A DNA stretch of 63,231 bases, filler included, from Collodictyon triciliatum (Eukaryota): the NCBI GenBank assembly GCA_043381765.1. It is 5 parts of 5 records of this genome, joined end to end, with 100 filler letters (N's around TTAATTAATTAA, not from the genome) between each part and the next. Parts side by side here need not be neighbours in the genome. Positions count along the whole stretch, not along the records: positions 1 to 15,232 come from JBHJMP010001701.1; positions 15,333 to 23,184 come from JBHJMP010001703.1; positions 23,285 to 35,525 come from JBHJMP010001704.1; 2 more parts are not named here. One strand, 5' to 3'. Below the pieces are notes generated by a model that was given only the letters and a program-made list of their open reading frames with translations, made no database searches and was not told where the DNA came from. The translations under genes were made by a program, and so were the position numbers. Of the stretch, positions 13,659-32,362 are shown one piece after another (position 1 is the first letter of the stretch; each line of letters opens with the position of its first letter).

Positions 13659-14609
13659 TTATTCATCGCCTTCCTTCGCCTTTTGCTCACGGACCTTGCG
13701 ATTGCGCTCTTCCAGCCACTCCTTCTTAATTTTGTCGAAGTGTTCCTCACTTGTGCTACAGCGTTAGTTGATGATGAGCAGATGAGAGTTTGGTGGAAAT
13801 GATACGACGCAAGAGTTAAGTGTATTAGAATAATGAGTAAAAAGACAGTTAGGTAAACTTCGAGAAGCAAAAAAAAAAAAAGAGGCTGCTTCAATGGAGT
13901 AGATGGTGTATTCTGATATTATTAAAGAGTGAGTGAATAACACATATATCAACGGATACTCAATGAGCCATTTAGTGTTAAATATCTACGGTGAACTGCG
14001 TATGGCTCTTCAAGGAAAAAGAACAACAATATATTATCAAAAACAAAACAAAACAAAACAAAACAAAACAAAATAAAACAAACCAAAACAAACCAAAACA
14101 AACCAAAACAAACCAAACCAAACCAAACCAAAACAAAACAAAACAAAACAAAACAAAACAAAACAAAACAAAACAAAACAAAACAAAACAAAACAAAACA
14201 TACATCAATTCAAACTTTCTCTAACGAAAAAAAAACCTATATAAAAAATATGTTTGTCTAAAATATACAAAAAAAAGTTGTCTGTTTTTTGCACTCTGTT
14301 AAATCAAGACAGTGATACTGATAATATACCAATAATAATACACACAAATTAGGGTACTTGGGTAAAAGAATAGATATATGAAATGGTGAAGTAAACGGAC
14401 AAATGGCGGAAGCATTCGTCTAAGGCTTTGCGCTCCTCCTGACAACTCCAAGCCAGAGATATTGTGCGTGGCTTTGAACAAGTGAAGAAGGCCCTCGCAA
14501 ACTGATCGCATTGCTTCAGAGCAGCCTCTTTCAGCTTTGGCTTCAGCATCGCGTTCTCAACCATCTTGGGTACTTCTGTGATGTCTGTGCTGTACTCCTT
14601 GGTCGCCAT
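13659..14609 (-). CDS. CMC1: COX assembly twin-Cys protein of the CMC1 family, 2 exons
   Basis: MATKEYSTD...LKEAALKQCDQFARAFFTCSKPRTISLAWSCQEERKALDECFRHF/TSEEHFDKIKKEWLEERNRK...DE*; it has the twin CX9C motif. Confidence 0.85.
14038..14200. repeat. (CAAAA)n microsatellite in the CMC1 intron
   Basis: Directly visible. Confidence 0.95.
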
Positions 14610-15232
14610 TAAGGGAGCAGGGCCTTTGGTCTGTTTGAAGAAACTGTACGGAGTCACAACAGAAGAAGATAAGCGACACAGGGCCGCGTTGGTTCAGTGA
14701 AAGTATAGAAGCGGCGACGCAGATAATTAATTAATAAGCAACGATGTCAGTCGTGATTAACAAGAGCATCAAACAAGAGTGCCTGAAAATCTATACGAAA
14801 GGATGTGGAAGTTACTTTTCCTTTAGAGAGGGAGAAAAAAAAAATGGACACGATGAAAAAGATTTTAAAGAAAGGTTAGAAAAGTTAGAAGAGTGCTTTA
14901 AAAGGGGGGAATGCCCAAAGAATGCAAAGGAGGTAAGTAATAAAGAGAGAACTCAAATATAGTGATCAATGACTTTTATTTTCACCATCCTGCACAAAAT
15001 TGAAAGAAGAATAAAAAAAAATAAAAAAAAATATCAATGACTTTGATTCTACCTTGGCCTAGAATTTTAGCTATTCTTTTATTTTTATATTTTTCTCCTA
15101 TTTCTTCTATTTTCTTGTTTTTTTTTGTTTTTTTGTTTTTTTTGTTTTTTTTGTTTTTTTGTTTTTTGTTTTTTTTTTTTTTGTTTTTTTTTGTTTTTTT
15201 GTTTTTTTGTTTTTTTGTTTTTTTGTTTTTTT

Positions 15233-15332
15233 NNNNNNNNNNNNNNNNNNNNNNNNNNNNNNNNNNNNNNNNNNNNTTAATTAATTAANNNNNNNNNNNN
15301 NNNNNNNNNNNNNNNNNNNNNNNNNNNNNNNN
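15233..15332. other. Artificial contig-join spacer 44N-TTAATTAATTAA-44N (also at 23185-23284, 35526-35625, 50832-50931)
   Basis: Four identical 100-bp blocks; the 12-mer puts stop codons in all six frames. Confidence 0.95.
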
Positions 15333-15504
<172 letters not shown>

Positions 15505-15582
15505 GTACTAATAATACAAATAATACTAATACTGATAATATGGGGATTGAGGGGAAAATGTCATGATAATTCACCGAGTTCA

Positions 15583-18500
15583 CTCCAATAGCGAGGTTGA
15601 AAGTTCCAGCCAAGGGCGGGCAAGCACGTGAAACAGTGACACTATTGACTACAACTCGCCCGTATAATCGGACTCTGGAGACTTTCGGCTCTGGTCTCTG
15701 TGCATCGAATCTCGGCCATATGATTCGAATAGTCCAAGTATATCCAAACTCAAGCTATTGCAAAGTAATGAATTGATATATTTAGAGATAGATTGGAATA
15801 TAGAGATGTAGTATAGTATTCATCCAGGGGAAAGGAGTTGAATAAATAACATACATCTTTACGAGTCACTGCAACATCTTGGAACATTCCTATAGATTCT
15901 AATTCAGACTCTAGTTGTCCTGGTGATGAATCTCGAGGCACTTGGGCTGATGTTACATCACCGAAAGCAACTGAGAAGGTCCCGGAAGTGGAATTGAACA
16001 CTGATATTTCATATGTGTCATAAGAAACTGGAGCTTGGATATTGAAGGTCTGAACTTCATGCAAACTGTCAGGGCGAGGTTTATCTGGAGGCATCAGCGC
16101 TGCCAATTGAAAGAAATCAACCCCTCCTCCTTCCTTATGGTATGCCTCAAAATAATAATCTTTCCCTTTCTCGAGGAATATCATGCCAGATTTTTGCGAT
16201 GGGTATGCAAAGTAATCTCCTGGAGAGGACCGGTACAAAAAGGAGATGATCAATTCTTTGTTTGCAGGATCATCATCAGAGCTCAGCCATACCTATTATT
16301 AAAGGAGAAAAAGGAAGATATTAGAAGGGAAAGATACCGTTTGATAATTTTTATAAAAAATTAAAAAAAAAAAAACACGTGCTCGTAAGATGGCATTGTG
16401 TAGGAGCAGGGCTGAGTTCAGAATCCATCGAAATTTGTGTGTACGGTGATCATATATTGTTAACATTATCAAGTGTGATTCATGTAGCTTTCTTTACTCA
16501 TGGGCTACCTCTGCGTTGTCATCGGCTGCAATATAAAACTGGTGATAGCCTGTTTGTCTTGGTAGGAAGTACCCTTGTACGAACTGTCCATAATTGTCTC
16601 CGTAGTTCCTAGGAGTATCTATATATGGTAGGCGGTCCTATAAACAAGGTGGTTGAGCAAGTTTTTGAGCAAATTGTTATAATCTGGGTGTTTCATGAAT
16701 ACATATGATGATATTAAGGTATTCATTTATTTGCAAAATTGAGATGGGCACTGGAAATAGTTCAGAGTTACGAAAGTTTTGAGAGTTGCGCGTTTTCTAT
16801 CGAAAGGAATATGTGGAATTATACATCGACGTCAGGGTTAGATGGGAATTTTGACGACGACTTAAAGGAGCTGATACTGTTCCCATTTATGTTCTTATAA
16901 AGACGTCGGCGAACTCCTCGACCCCCTTTGATTCAGATTATGTGATCACGCAACGCGATTAAATAAGGCTTTGTATTTGGGTGAAACACTACATATGAGA
17001 GCATAATTGAAGACCAAGTAACAAACCTTTGAATAATGGACCTGATTGAGGTTCTTTAACTGAGGTTGTCAAGCAAGTAATAGCACTATCGTCAACCGAT
17101 TTAACGTCACATGGAGATCCACTGATGTTAACCTCCACTATGCCAGGGTTGCTACCAAATCCTGAGCCTTGGATGGTCAAGAGGAGACCTCCCTCTGTGC
17201 CAGAATTGGTATGCGACAGTTGGTTTATAACTATAGTATAATTTATATTCTCAGTTAGGTGGATCAGACGAAAATAACCCTTGCGCTTGAATGCTCTCTT
17301 TAAATTTGGGTAAAAAGGCTTGTAGATGCGTATGCTCAAGAGAAATAAATAACACCCGGAGTAATGACATTACCTGGGACTATTGTAAACATAAAGGGTT
17401 CCATATTCTCCTTGTATCGAAAAGGAAAGTTTTGGGACGAACTGGATCCATACTTCCCGTTAATTGTAACACTCGCATTTGACACGAAGCTGGGGGATGA
17501 ATTTACAATGCAGGGAATCTAAATTGTGTTTTTTAAAAAAAAAAAAATTGAAAAGCGATAGGGATACAGAAATTATGACGTCGTTTGTAGGCACGTTCTA
17601 GAACTGGTATATAAAACTACGTTATAGTAAAGATTCCAATCGTAGCTCTCTCCTTTGCTAGTTTCTGGAACGTCGAAGGTGCACAGACTTTGCCCAATAG
17701 ATATATCACGTATCTCAGTGGTGCTCCCGATCAGGAATAGTCCCTTGTAATAATTACCTTTAGTTTTCGATAGAATATACACGTACAAATACGTATTTAT
17801 ATGTGCATCATGGGTAGGCAATAGTATTCACACGGGAAAAAAATCTAAGTGGCATTTACATTAAACGTAACAGTCATCCCGGGAACGGCCTCCATCGGGT
17901 AGATCGCGTATACGTATGGGGTGATATCTAAATGCGCGAATATATGATAATTGTCGGTGGATTTGTATGTATGTATGTATGTATGTATGTATGTATGTAT
18001 GTATGTATGTATGTATGTATGTATGTATGTATGTATGTATGTATGTATGTATGTATGTATGTATAGTGAGAGAAGAGAAAACTCCATACCTTGTCGGTAT
18101 TGAAAGTAGCAGGTAGAGTAGAGAATACATCCTTCAATTAACTTCCCAGCCGAGTACACGTAGACAGGAAGCAGCTTATAAACGAGACCCATTTCATGTG
18201 GGGCAAGCGGGGGTGTTTCACATACAAGAGATTGCGAGGTCGAGTAGTAAGAGACCACAGGGCATATTCGGTCACCAAGGACAACCACGGCGGACCCTTT
18301 GTCGAAACCCGTGCCGGTTACGGTCAGAAGTGTACCTCCACCAATGCCTCCGGTAGCTATCTCTCGGTCGCTCGATGAGGATGAGACGGAGAAGATGGCT
18401 AAAGGCAACAACACAAGTCAAATCCGCGACCGAACATACGAACAAAGGAGCAACGGACAAAACCGTGCGCGGGCAAAATTTTCCTCATTTGGGTTAAAAT

Positions 18501-18745
18501 TCAAATGTGCATATTTGGTATGTTTCAACAGAAATTCGCGGCAAGGAAAGTAATGTGTCCGCTACAAGATGAGGCGCTTTGTGGTGGTGTGTGATGGTGT
18601 GTGATTGTGAGGGGTGTTGAGAAGAGGAGAGGGCCTGATTGGAGTCACCTTGGGCCAGAGCAGGATTGAGGAGCGGAGTCAGGAGCAGATTCAGAAAGAG
18701 GGCCAAGGCCACGGCCTGGCAGAGCGACAGGTGCAGACGCAGCAT
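15583..18745 (-). CDS. Fibrocystin-L/PKHD1L1-like surface protein: signal peptide, IPT/TIG repeats, PA14 domain; 3' part lost at the contig join
   Basis: Signal peptide [25 protein letters not shown] motifs [13 protein letters not shown]...LVCETPP and [17 protein letters not shown]...[17 protein letters not shown]14 motif [27 protein letters not shown]. Confidence 0.85.
17964..18063. repeat. (TATG)n intronic microsatellite
   Basis: Directly visible. Confidence 0.95.
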
Positions 18746-20857
18746 CGCACTGGGCACGATTCCGTGCAGCTTGTTGGCTCGAAGCGTGGGCGAGGGAGGA
18801 GCTTCGCAAGGGTGGTTCGTGGGTGTGTTTGGACGGACGGTGCTTTTCTGAGAGGTTTGGTCTGTAGGATTGGGCGGCGCCTTGGGGGACTGGGTCAGGT
18901 GTTTGAGACATGCAGAACAATATGTGTCTCTACAACCAGCAAAGTCCTTTTTTATTCGGCTTTTTGCTCATTTTTTTTTTGTTTTTTGTGTGTGTTCTGT
19001 TGTTCCGTGTTTTGTTGTTTTGAGCACATCTGTGGTGGGGTGAGATTGATCAAGTGCCCGTTCTGCTCTGATCGTGGGTGGTAGGGATGGCCAGGGTGAC
19101 CGCTGGTGATGCAGCAAATCGTTATTGAAAGAGACAGAATAATTTACACATATAGGTAATATCTATGATAATTCAGTTAAATTTTCTAATAAGGGTATAT
19201 TCAAGGTTGTGAAACTGATTATGGAATCGAGGTTTCGTAACATTGCGCTATTTTTAGAGCGCGATAGTGGTTTGCATTGGCTTTTTAAAAATAGAACGCC
19301 ATTCCAGACTAGGTCGTTGAGAGAGATGCATTTCGTATATTCGGTTAAATTAGATCATGTGATACTTGCATATTTACAATTTGAATAAATATTCATTTTA
19401 TATTTACAAATTACATATTTTCATGTATATTCCACAATTGGGTAAACAGTCTGTCTTGTCTGGGCGAGCGTCTTCCAGGGCACTCGCGTCATTCGAAAAG
19501 TATGCTCTGCTGTGCTCACAAACTCGCTGTGGAAATGGCATACAACTAGGATTTCATAAGCTGAACTTCACATAGATAATATCCAACTGCATCGAAGTTT
19601 CCTCTGCATATCCACCTTACACAAATGTCTCAACTGAGCGAGATTTTTATATGCTCATGCTGGAAAGCCGCGCATAATGCCAACTTCTTGAATGAGTTGC
19701 TGAAACAAGACTGCATTCTTCGTTGCTCAGACTGCAGGAATAGACATGCAGGAGAATGTGTCCGAACATACCTTTTATCCCAAATTCGTAGCATATTGAG
19801 AATTGGGTCTCTAGCGTGACCAGCTCGCTACTCCTCACTTCTTCTAGTTAGCCCCCCCCCCCCCCGCCCCCCCCCCCCNNNNNNNNNNAAAATTTTCTCT
19901 TTCAAACCCCCGGCCCCCCCTTTTTTTTTTTTCCCCCCCCCCCCCCCCCAGAAATCTCCTTGCCAGCTTCTACCTTTGACAGGCATATTTTGCGACCCCT
20001 CATATCATTGGAGCCCATGCCAACAATCTTTACCGAACATATACCGTGGTGTGTTTCCCGCACAGATTTTTCGGAAGTGCGGCCCATCACCCAGATAAAG
20101 TATGTTTAAAAATTCCGACAGAAGTCGGCACCTAATTCAATTGAATGTGACAAGAATAGATTAAGAGGCGAGATATTGCCTTCTTCATGGTGACAACACA
20201 AATGATATCTCCCCTCCCCTATTCGATTCAAAGTGCAGCGAGGTTATGCCATACAAGAGGCGAGGTAGGTGCGCATGGTAGACAGCAAATGCGAGTAGTA
20301 GGAGACGCTTCTGTGGATAGGCTAGCACTGGAAAGAAATCAGTGATAGCGAGTTGGTCAGGCGGGCGACCCAACTGGTTGGTGGGTTGTGTGGGTAGCAG
20401 TGATTGGATATGATGTGAGATATTTCACGCTACGTTCCTACATCTCCCTTCGCTTGCGGTCAGAGTAGCGAAGAATCCGGGCTTGTTGAAACAACACAGA
20501 TAATAATAGTAATATGCGCAGATGATACATCTTGCACAAATTGAAAAGAAGAATAAGAAAATATATGCACAAGTGTTTGTTTTGAAGAGTGCTTTTTCCA
20601 ATAAACTTCTGTAATATTTAGAAGAATGAGATCCCTTTTATTTTTGTGGGGTTGTACCTCGCCTCGATTACGAACACCGACTCCGCAAAACAAAGGCGGA
20701 AGCCGCCCTATTGCGCACATAATGATATGAAAAAAAAATACATGCACATAGGAGCCATTCATTTTGATTCAGTGGTTAAATAATGGCCATATGATTGCAA
20801 ACGCAAATGCAGGCTCATGTTTTCTGTTCAGTCAATAAGATACCTTGGTCTTTGAGT

Positions 20858-22818
20858 CTAATTTGGTATATCCTGAAGAAGACTCGCATCTGCGGATTCT
20901 ACAAGTGCCGGAAAATCCTTTGGTTCATCGACGCATTGTTTCTCAACTGGGATATAATTCTGCAATCTCACTGGGGAATTGAGAGGTATACTCTGAAGCA
21001 AAATTTCATAATTGTCAGGAGACAGTGGTGGCAGTTCGCTCGGTGGCGAGCTGATAGGAGTCGAAGTGGAGTCTTTAGATAAAATCGGATTCGGGCGAGG
21101 TGGCGCGACAGTTTTTATACCTTTAATAAGAAGAAAGAAATTTCATTTTAAATTCATGCAAATGGTTTCGGTTTTTGAGAGTTTCTGTGCTATTGAGACA
21201 AAGTTATTGCTCTCTGGAGACGACATGTTAAATTCAAAATAAATTACTCTCAGTTTCTCCTAATCTCACAACGTTGGCTGGGGGAGCCTGTATGTAAATG
21301 GCCATATATCATATTTCTTTGATAAAGTAACTTTACTTTAAGACTCGATGAACAATAGGCAATCAGCAATCATATCAGCATTTAGAAAGATTTATAGAAA
21401 TAAATGAAACTTTTGGAACTCGGTGGAGGATGCCAGTTCCCAGGAGACATCCTAGTGAACTTGATTATAATTTTTTTTTTAAGTTTCTGTTTTTGCATTC
21501 AATAACTCAGATGTTATTCGTTTTTTTTTTCCAACTTTGAATCGTATATTTCGTAATTTAAGAACAAAATTGCCACTTCAAATCGATTGGAATAATAATA
21601 ATAAAAAATAAGGAAAGGAATTTTTAAAAAAGGACAAAAATATCTTAAAATGAAGGAAATGATTATTGAAAAAACAACTAAAAGTCATGAAAAGAAGGGA
21701 AAAGAGAAAAATAGAGGAAAAGTGATAAAAGGACAAGTTGAATAATTTCACAACAAACCTATCTTGATTCCCCCACCCAAAATTGGGGATGATCAGAACC
21801 TAGACAATCACAAAAATTCTGTTATAAACATAGCACACAATAATTTTCCAAAACACGCTTCGCTTGATTAAAAGATTTTAATTTGCATAAATTCAGAAGA
21901 ATTTTTACAATAACATATGGAACGGACTCAACCTCTCTCACAACACCAGAAAAAATATTATAGACATACAGGCCGAGTTCTTTTCTGTTTGCTATGTTCG
22001 TGAGTTTCTTTTTCTATCGGATATTTTAAAATGCACACACGATGAAATTGATTCCGGGTAAGTAAAATTTATACAGCATTTAGAATTGGTTACCCTAGAT
22101 ATCCTTCAACAAGTTCGTAAAACTCTGCTTCCTCACTGAAAATTTTGCCTGGAGAGCCAACAATGAAGTCCTCGTTAGGTTTCAATCCAGCAAAAGAAGC
22201 GGGTGAATTTGAAGCAACATCCTTCATTATTCATTCAGATAAGGAGAGAAGAGCAAGTCATCAAATATGAAAGGAGATATAACCATCTCTTTCGCTAGGC
22301 AATTGGATTCAGTCAATCCATGCTTTGTAGTGAACCAAAAGATATACACATATATGCATGCTATTATGATAAATGTGATCTAATTTTAATTACTAATACA
22401 TGCCAGACAAGGTTAACGATAGTGTCAGCGTCATTTGGGATGATACTAATGCCTAGAAAACAATAATAAAAAACAGATATTTCAATACCAAGACTACGTA
22501 CGATGAATATATACTCATGTATGATTTCCCTTATGAAAAAAAATTAACCTAGTAGGCCTTTCCCACCCCAGGTGTTCGAGGGAACCACAGATACGCCTGG
22601 ATTAATATCCAGTAATGGGTCATTGAAAAAAATTTTAAAATAATGATATATGGCGGGAATGCGATGAGATCTAATTAATGAAAAATAAATGGACAATTTG
22701 ATTCTTTGATATGATAGTACTTCGAACAGTTTCTGTTAAAACGTTGTAAACAGTCAATTCCACCCGAATGCCACATTTATCCTTCAGGTAAGCTGGAAAC
22801 GCGTCAGCATCTCGCATC
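20858..22818 (-). CDS. GRASP55/65 Golgi reassembly-stacking protein (tandem PDZ-like domains + Ser/Pro-rich tail); 5' exons not visible before the join
   Basis: Exons read VELTVYNVLTETVR, VPSNTWGGKGLLG, LVWHVL/DVASNSPASFAGLKPNEDFIVGS, LGLYVYNIFSGVVRE/VLIIPNFGWG and SLGCLLGTGILHRVP, followed by a P/S-rich last exon. Confidence 0.9.
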
Positions 22819-23036
22819 TACATACGATACTTATTGATTTAGAGAAACTGCACCATAAACATGATATTTTTTCTTTTTTCCCCAAAAAATCAGTGAATTC
22901 GGGCGGGGTTTCCTCTCCTCTCAAACGGAGGAAGAATACTTTGTTTCAATTCGTAAGAGCATCGCGCGTATGGAGGGCTTAATTTACTAATAATATTTCC
23001 TCTTTACCGGAGATACAGAAATGAGGTCCTTATGGT

Positions 23037-23145
<109 letters not shown>

Positions 23146-23284
23146 AGCAAAGTTCTGCATATTTTTTCATGTAATAGACACAATNNNNNNNNNNNNNNNN
23201 NNNNNNNNNNNNNNNNNNNNNNNNNNNNTTAATTAATTAANNNNNNNNNNNNNNNNNNNNNNNNNNNNNNNNNNNNNNNNNNNN

Positions 23285-23315
<31 letters not shown>

Positions 23316-23317
23316 AA

Positions 23318-23384
<67 letters not shown>

Positions 23385-23469
23385 CCGACTTATACTCTAC
23401 GTAATAGATAAATAGAATCCACAGAGTTTATGCCTGTGCATTTCGCTCAAAGGACACACAACCGAGACG

Positions 23470-27847
<4,378 letters not shown>

Positions 27848-28322
27848 TTGTGTGTTTGATTGATTATTGATCATTATTGTTGTTCTTGTTGTTGTTTTTT
27901 TTAGGCTACTTGTTTGTTTTGTGAACGTGCTCAGAACGCCCCAGCCTCTGTGTAATGTTGTTTGTGTGTGCGTGTGTGTTGGTTGATTCGCTTGCGTGCT
28001 TTGTGCTTAACCCTGTCAATATCGTAGCTGGAAGAACAGGGAAGATAGCAGATAAAGGTTTTTGTGTGCGTGTGTTCGGGTTTGCCGTTATGTACAAATG
28101 TGGATTTAAGGGAGGAGGTGGCAGCCGAGTTGCATCACCCGGTGGGGTTTCGGGTTGTGGGTTGCGATTGGAATGACCGCTAATCCCGCAGGTAGAAAGC
28201 CAGCCAATGAGACAGCTAATATTCAGTCTCGGACAGATTTATTTATATAATGTAATGTTCTTCGTGTCATATTTTCGTTTGGAGTTTCAAAGTAAAAAAA
28301 AGAAAAAAAAGCTGACGCTATC

Positions 28323-31300
28323 TCATTTCTCATCTTTCTCGCAAATGCTGAAAACTCCAGATGCGCCATCCTTCCCCAGATGCGCTGCCGACCTTGTAAT
28401 TGAATCGCCCATCTGTTTGGTGCTCTCACTGAAAGAATGAGAAAGTCGCCTCGACAGAACACGCTTTAGCTCCAGAACAACATGCTCCTCACCAGAATCT
28501 GCCCAGGCTTCGATTCTCTCTTCAATATTTTCTTCAATATTTTCTTGAGAATATATACTAGAAAAATTCGATGAGAGTATCGCAACAGGAAACGCGATGA
28601 CCTGCACCAATATTGAGATTATATAAGATGTAAGAGAATTATCCCCAATCGCAGAAACATATTTCACGATATTGGATGGGTGTGTAAAGAGTAACACGTG
28701 GATGTTGTAGTTTCCATAGTTCATGCGGAAGGGCAACATAAACAAAGAAAATGTGTGTCAGTCGTATGATATACCAGGATTCCAGCACATATTACAAGCC
28801 CTGCAAATATTCTACCCCCGATTGTCAAAGGTGTAACATCACCTACGAAGACAAAATATTAGAATTGGTCAGGGTTTCTTATTCCTCTTCTTTTTAACAA
28901 CAACAACAACAACAACAACTGTTATCTTTTACGTTGTTATGAAATCTCAATAATATTGTAAATATGTTTCCAACTGATTAGTCATATATGCTTATAAAAA
29001 TATTACATACCATAACCAACTGTCGCCATAGTAACCACTGTCCACCAAAATGTATCTGGAATGGACTGAAACTTACTGCATATGTGGATGAGGTGTACCG
29101 TTAATTATACAATTTTTAAAGGGCACGATATTTGGACAAGAAAGCTTAATGCGATATGAAACAAATATTACAAAAGACTTTCTTGCAAATTTTGCCCCAT
29201 ACAATTCGAATATTTATTAAAAAAAAAAAAAACATATAATTGCATTCCACTCACAACTATATACCTTCGTGTGTCATTTATAATCCAAACATTATCCTTA
29301 AGTTCTCCTCGTTCCAAACACCACATAATTGAGGAAAACAAGACAACCAACACAAATTCTAACAATCCCAAAAGGAATAGGGAATCACTTGACAAATAGA
29401 GGGTATCAACTACTGCCTGATTTGGGTGATTATGAAAGCAGAGAAATGATTTAAATTTTTTTTGTGACAGGTAAATCAGAGTATGTTGTATGAATCACAA
29501 ATAATTATAAAGGAATGATTTAAAGAATGAGTTATTTTAGATTATGATACATGCGAGTATGACAAATACCAATGCACTTACAAAAAATTCACGGCTAATC
29601 TTAAATGTGGGGAACAAGTAAAATATACGAAAAGCCCAAAACAGGCGAACTGAGAGTAGACCTTGGAATGACTGTTCATGTAAATAAATGAATGCATATG
29701 TTAGTCGTATCATAGAAAGTATGAATAGGTAAAAGTTGTGTTGGGCATATTTTCCTATGTTTTTTTTACATCACATGAAGCAATACTTTGTCGTATGTGA
29801 TTGATACTATGAGCACAGCGAAACTGTAGAGTTCCAATATTATCTCCACCACTTCGATAATGGCATAATGTGGATTTTAGTGCTACAAAACTCTGTCTAA
29901 AATTGCTCATATGCATAATTTCGATAAAGAATGCTGTAAAATAAGTAAAATTCAAGACATGATGTTATTATAGGGTATATTATGAAGAAGAAAACCACTC
30001 ACGAATAAAGTTCTTTTCTTTATGTGGCGACATAATTTTACACAGTGCCTCGACGACGGACACGGATACAAGAATAGATTGAATTATCACTCTAAACAGA
30101 TAAATTGTAAGTAGACCATTTCAATATGTAATACATAGGTTGACTAATATCAAATTTTCTTGGTGGTTGCCCTTTGTCATATATGCTCTACGAGGGAAAA
30201 TGACAAAAGGTTTACAAATAATGAAGAGCTTCATTTGATATCTTTTCTGTCATTGAATACATCGCAAGCACCCCAGATAAGGTGTGTAAAATGCACGATA
30301 GGACGTTCCATTTTTTATGCTAGAGTGATTTAAGAGTGAGAATCACCAAGGGGTAGAAACTTATCATAATCAAATAGAAACAAGATGAAATATAACATGA
30401 GATTGTGTAATGTCGTATGCTCGTTCAAAGAGAGTCATGTTTCCCTCAGCACTCGCTGAAGCCTCCTAATTTAAGACAAAGATTATAATATAAAGAGATA
30501 TTGTAAGATTGTTAATAGAGAAAATGGTCATGATAATGAAAATTAGAATATCAAAAAAAAAAAAAAAACAATAACAATGATTATATATGAATTTAGATAA
30601 CAATATAGATAATATGTAGATTGACAGGCGATTTTTCTTTATGTTTTTTTAATGAGCTTGACGCTGTATTTCTAAACATGGGTGAATACCTTCGCTACAT
30701 CAGGTGATTCTTTTTCCTCTTCTACTGTTGACAGAGTCGGTTTCTGCAATTACACATATGTCATTGAGAGGAGATAAGAATGCTTTTTTTTTTATTCTTC
30801 CTTTCAATTTTGTGCAGGATGGTAGGGATGCTGGCTTTGGTTCGCTAGCCATCAATGCTTAATTTATTTCATCAGCATGATAAAATGAAATAATAATTTC
30901 TGGTAGATATAAATGATGAATATAGTTATTTCGTGCAATCTGGCTCATTGATAAGCCCTTTGAAAGAGCAACTTACATATGCACTCCCCGTAGACATGTA
31001 TTTGGCCCATTCATCGCAGAAACTGTTGCTGATAATTGTAATCGGAAGAGCAACGGTCTGAAAGTAAATTAGGCGATGATAAGAAGGTTAGTTTGCATGC
31101 ATCTCTATGAGAAAATTATACAGACTATCAATTCACTGTATCGAATATTCTGGCATAATGCTCACCAAAATACCGCAAATAACTGTAATTCCTGCGACAG
31201 ATTTACCCACCCAAGTATTAGGAATATAATCTCCTATGGCAAATAAATTTTTATGTTAAATTATCCATGGCAAAGAATTTCACCTTATATTGTAATTCTG

Positions 31301-32263
31301 ATTGAATTAGCTACATTTTTATAAAAATTCTCTAAATAAATTAATGGTGGATGCAAGCCAATAACTTAATGGATAGCTTACCGTAGCCAACAGTACTTAA
31401 AGTGACTATTGACCACCAGAAAGTCTCAGGTACACTTTGGAATTTACTCCTGAGGCATTTTCCGAAATAAACATTATAATTTTGTATCAGACAATCTAAC
31501 CAATGAATACAAAGGAATTCAAACCTTTGGCCATTATAATACCATCCTTTTCCATCCACAAAAGTGCCACGTTCAAAGTAAAACATAATCGAGGAAGACA
31601 AAATGACCTCGACTCCAAGAACGAATAGAAGCAGCATTAAAACATCCAAGTTTTTCTTAAAGGACTTGTTTATGCACTGTAGTATAAATAATATTCAGTC
31701 CATGTTCTTCAGGAAGAAAGTCATGATAGTTCTAAATTTAATATCTGGACCGTGATAATTCTGTATATTTGCCATAAGTACTTTAAGTATATCAGGTTCT
31801 CAGAATAAATGGGATTATTTATTTGTATCTTGTAGTGCAAATACCTTAAAAATATGAGACGACCTGGAATACTTGAAAATTTTAAATAGCCTGGCCAATC
31901 GAATGACACGTAAGATTGAAAGACTTGGGACGCTCTATATTGTTCACATGTTGGTTATTCATATCCATATTGAAAAGCAAAAATTATTTCTCGATATTTT
32001 TTAACGTTTTTTTTTTAAAAGCCACATCTTCACCATCCTGCACAAATTTGAAAGGAATAATAATAAAAAAAAAATGTTTCTGCTTCTTCCTATATTACAA
32101 TTCCTGGAATAAGTCCCAGATAGTAAGGCAATATTGACGCTAAATCCAAGAAGGTTGTGACAGCTAAATAGGAAGGGATAAGGAGAGTCATTGCATTAAA
32201 TAATTAATTTATTTTTTTGTAAAAGATTAAATTCAATCTTTTGCTTCGATGTGGCAAAGGATC

Positions 32264-32362
<99 letters not shown>

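Noticed and set aside
15277-15288. Palindromic TTAATTAATTAA repeated four times, as a biological element
   Set aside because: Always centred in exactly 44+44 N, so it is an assembly spacer.
19440-19820. Minus-strand fragment resembling a kinase alphaC region (QQLIQEVGIMR..QHEHI)
   Set aside because: It needs a frameshift and no other kinase motif is nearby.
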